The translations under genes and the position numbers were made by a program. A DNA stretch of 20,000 bases from Sphingomonadaceae bacterium (GTDB lineage Bacteria > Chloroflexota > UBA6077): positions 55,254-75,253 of the forward strand of contig JBLNDL010000050.1 in the NCBI GenBank assembly GCA_050261575.1, in the 5' to 3' direction. Positions 18,630 to 20,000 of this stretch are shown here, piece after piece. The notes beneath the pieces are model-generated. The model was not told where the DNA came from. It did no database searches and saw only the letters and a program-made list of their open reading frames with translations. Each line of letters starts with the position of its first letter. Position 1 is the stretch's first letter.

Positions 18630-19627
18630 GCGATACGAGACCGATCCTGGGAGTCACCATGGGCGACCCCAGCGGATCCGGGCCGGAGATATTGGTAAAG
18701 GCCCTCACCACCCCGGAGGTCCGCTCGATCTGCCGCCCCATCGTCGTCGGCGATGGCGCTACGATGCGCCAGGCGGCGCGGGTGGTGGGCGCGGACGTGC
18801 CGATCCGCTCGATCGACCGGGTGGCCGACGCCAAGCACGACGATAACGCGATCGAGGTCCTCGACCTCCACAACGTCGACCTGGCGCAGCTTCAGTACGG
18901 GAAGATCCAGGCGATGAGCGGGGAGGCCGCCTTTCAGTCCATCGTGAAGGCCGTCGAGCTGGCCAAGAGCGGCGAGACCGCGGCCGTGGTCACCTCCGGC
19001 ATCCACAAGGAGTCGATGAACCTGGCCGGGCACCACTACGAGGGCCACACCGAGATCCTGGCCGACCTGTGCGGGGTCAAGAGCGTCTGCATGCTGCTGG
19101 TGGCCGGCAGCTTCCGGGTCACCCACGTGAGCACCCACTGCTCGCTGCGACAGGCGATCGAGCGGGCCAAGAAGCCCCGGATAATGGACGTGATCCGGCT
19201 CACCGACCAGGCCGTGAAGCGGCTGGGGATCGCCGAGCCGCGGATCGCGGTTGCCGGGCTGAACCCCCACTCCGGCGAGGGCGGGCTGTTCGGCGACGAG
19301 GAGATCTTGGAGATCACGCCTGCGATCGAGGCGGCTAAGGCGGAGGGGTACAACGTGGTGGGGCCGATCCCCCCGGACACCGTCTTCTTCCGGATGACTG
19401 AGGGGCAGTACGACGCGGTGGTGGCAATGTACCACGACCAGGGGCACATCCCGACCAAGGTGCTGTCGTTCGACGAGGGGGTCAACGTGACGCTGGGGCT
19501 GCCGATCATCCGCACATCGGTGGACCACGGCACGGTGTTCGGGAAGGCCGGCAAGGGGACGGCGCGGCCCGCCAGCATGATCGCGGCGTTGAAGCTGGGC
19601 GCCCAGATGGCGCGTGGGCGAAGCTAG
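18626..19627 (+). CDS. pdxA: PdxA-family dehydrogenase, likely PdxA2 (D-threonate/erythronate 4-phosphate dehydrogenase)
   Basis: TMGDPSGSGPEI, GHTE, GLNPHSGE, MYHDQGHIP and RTSVDHGT motifs; coupled to a DUF1537 kinase. Confidence 0.93.
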   Translation: MSDTRPILGVTMGDPSGSGPEILVKALTTPEVRSICRPIVVGDGATMRQAARVVGADVPIRSIDRVADAKHDDNAIEVLDLHNVDLAQLQYGKIQAMSGEAAFQSIVKAVELAKSGETAAVVTSGIHKESMNLAGHHYEGHTEILADLCGVKSVCMLLVAGSFRVTHVSTHCSLRQAIERAKKPRIMDVIRLTDQAVKRLGIAEPRIAVAGLNPHSGEGGLFGDEEILEITPAIEAAKAEGYNVVGPIPPDTVFFRMTEGQYDAVVAMYHDQGHIPTKVLSFDEGVNVTLGLPIIRTSVDHGTVFGKAGKGTARPASMIAALKLGAQMARGRS

Positions 19628-19632
19628 ACGCG

Positions 19633-19688
19633 GGCGGACGGGGAGCATGAACCCCGCCGCCAGTCGGCCGGCCTGCGCGGCCGGCCGA
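19633..19688. terminator. Two GC-rich hairpins between convergent genes
   Basis: GGCGG-a-CGGGG/CCCCG-CCGCC (19633-19661) and TCGGCCGGCC-tgcgc-GGCCGGCCGA (19664-19688); no U-tract. Confidence 0.35.
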
Positions 19689-19756
19689 AGCAGGTATCTC
19701 TGGTCCGTGACGACTTCTCTAGCGGGAAACGTGTACTCCGTCCAGAGATACCTGCC
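19689..19756. mobile_element. 68-bp MITE-like element, family B, copy 2
   Basis: AGCAGGTATCTCTGG...CCAGAGATACCTGCC-TA-G; 14-bp perfect inverted repeat; same length as copy 1. Confidence 0.8.
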
Positions 19757-20000
19757 TAGTTGCTGCCGGCGCTGCTGCTGATGCTCGCCGCGGTCGCCGC
19801 CGCTGAGATCGCGGCCATGGCGGCGATGTTGGCGTCCACCACCTCCTTCACGGCCTTCCCCGCGAACTCGCCCTTGGACAGCTCCTTCACCCTGGGCTTC
19901 ACCAGCTTCCACTCGTCCTTGCTGAACTGCCGCTCCAGCAGCTTACAAGCGCTCAGAAGCCCGATCAGCACCATCGTCCTGGCGTCGGGATCCGCCTCCC
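19756..20000 (-). CDS. GPP34/GOLPH3 (Vps74-like) family protein, C-terminal part (5'-truncated)
   Basis: The frame stays open to the window edge: EADPDARTMVLIGLLSACKLL...GKAVKEVVDA with an Ala/Ser-rich tail, resembling bacterial GPP34 C-termini. Confidence 0.65.
   Translation of the reverse strand, partial: EADPDARTMVLIGLLSACKLLERQFSKDEWKLVKPRVKELSKGEFAGKAVKEVVDANIAAMAAISAAATAASISSSAGSN

Overview
High-GC bacterial chromosomal window. Gene content suggests a monoderm such as Chloroflexota, but this is inference only. Almost all genes are on the + strand: the end of a Tad pilus locus (cpaF/tadA partial, tadB, tadC), DUF192, comF, a GT-C-like polytopic membrane protein, hpf/raiA, a complete F-type ATP synthase operon (atpZ-like gene 1, atpBEFHAGDC), murA, mreB, and a Tdh-like dehydrogenase with a DUF1537 four-carbon acid sugar kinase and pdxA2. 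A convergent GPP34/GOLPH3-family gene is cut off by the window end. The genes are mostly housekeeping, but the spacers are not. Every spacer from atpB to atpD holds a palindromic repeat, drawn from about five families: two TA-flanked MITE-like elements, inverted heptamer arrays, a CCCTCTCCC-N3-GGGAGAGGG pair and GTAG/REP-like hairpins. One 123-124 bp MITE-like element also sits in-frame inside the kinase gene, adding exactly 42 codons. Three MITE ends form the stop codons of adjacent genes. No transposase is present in the window.
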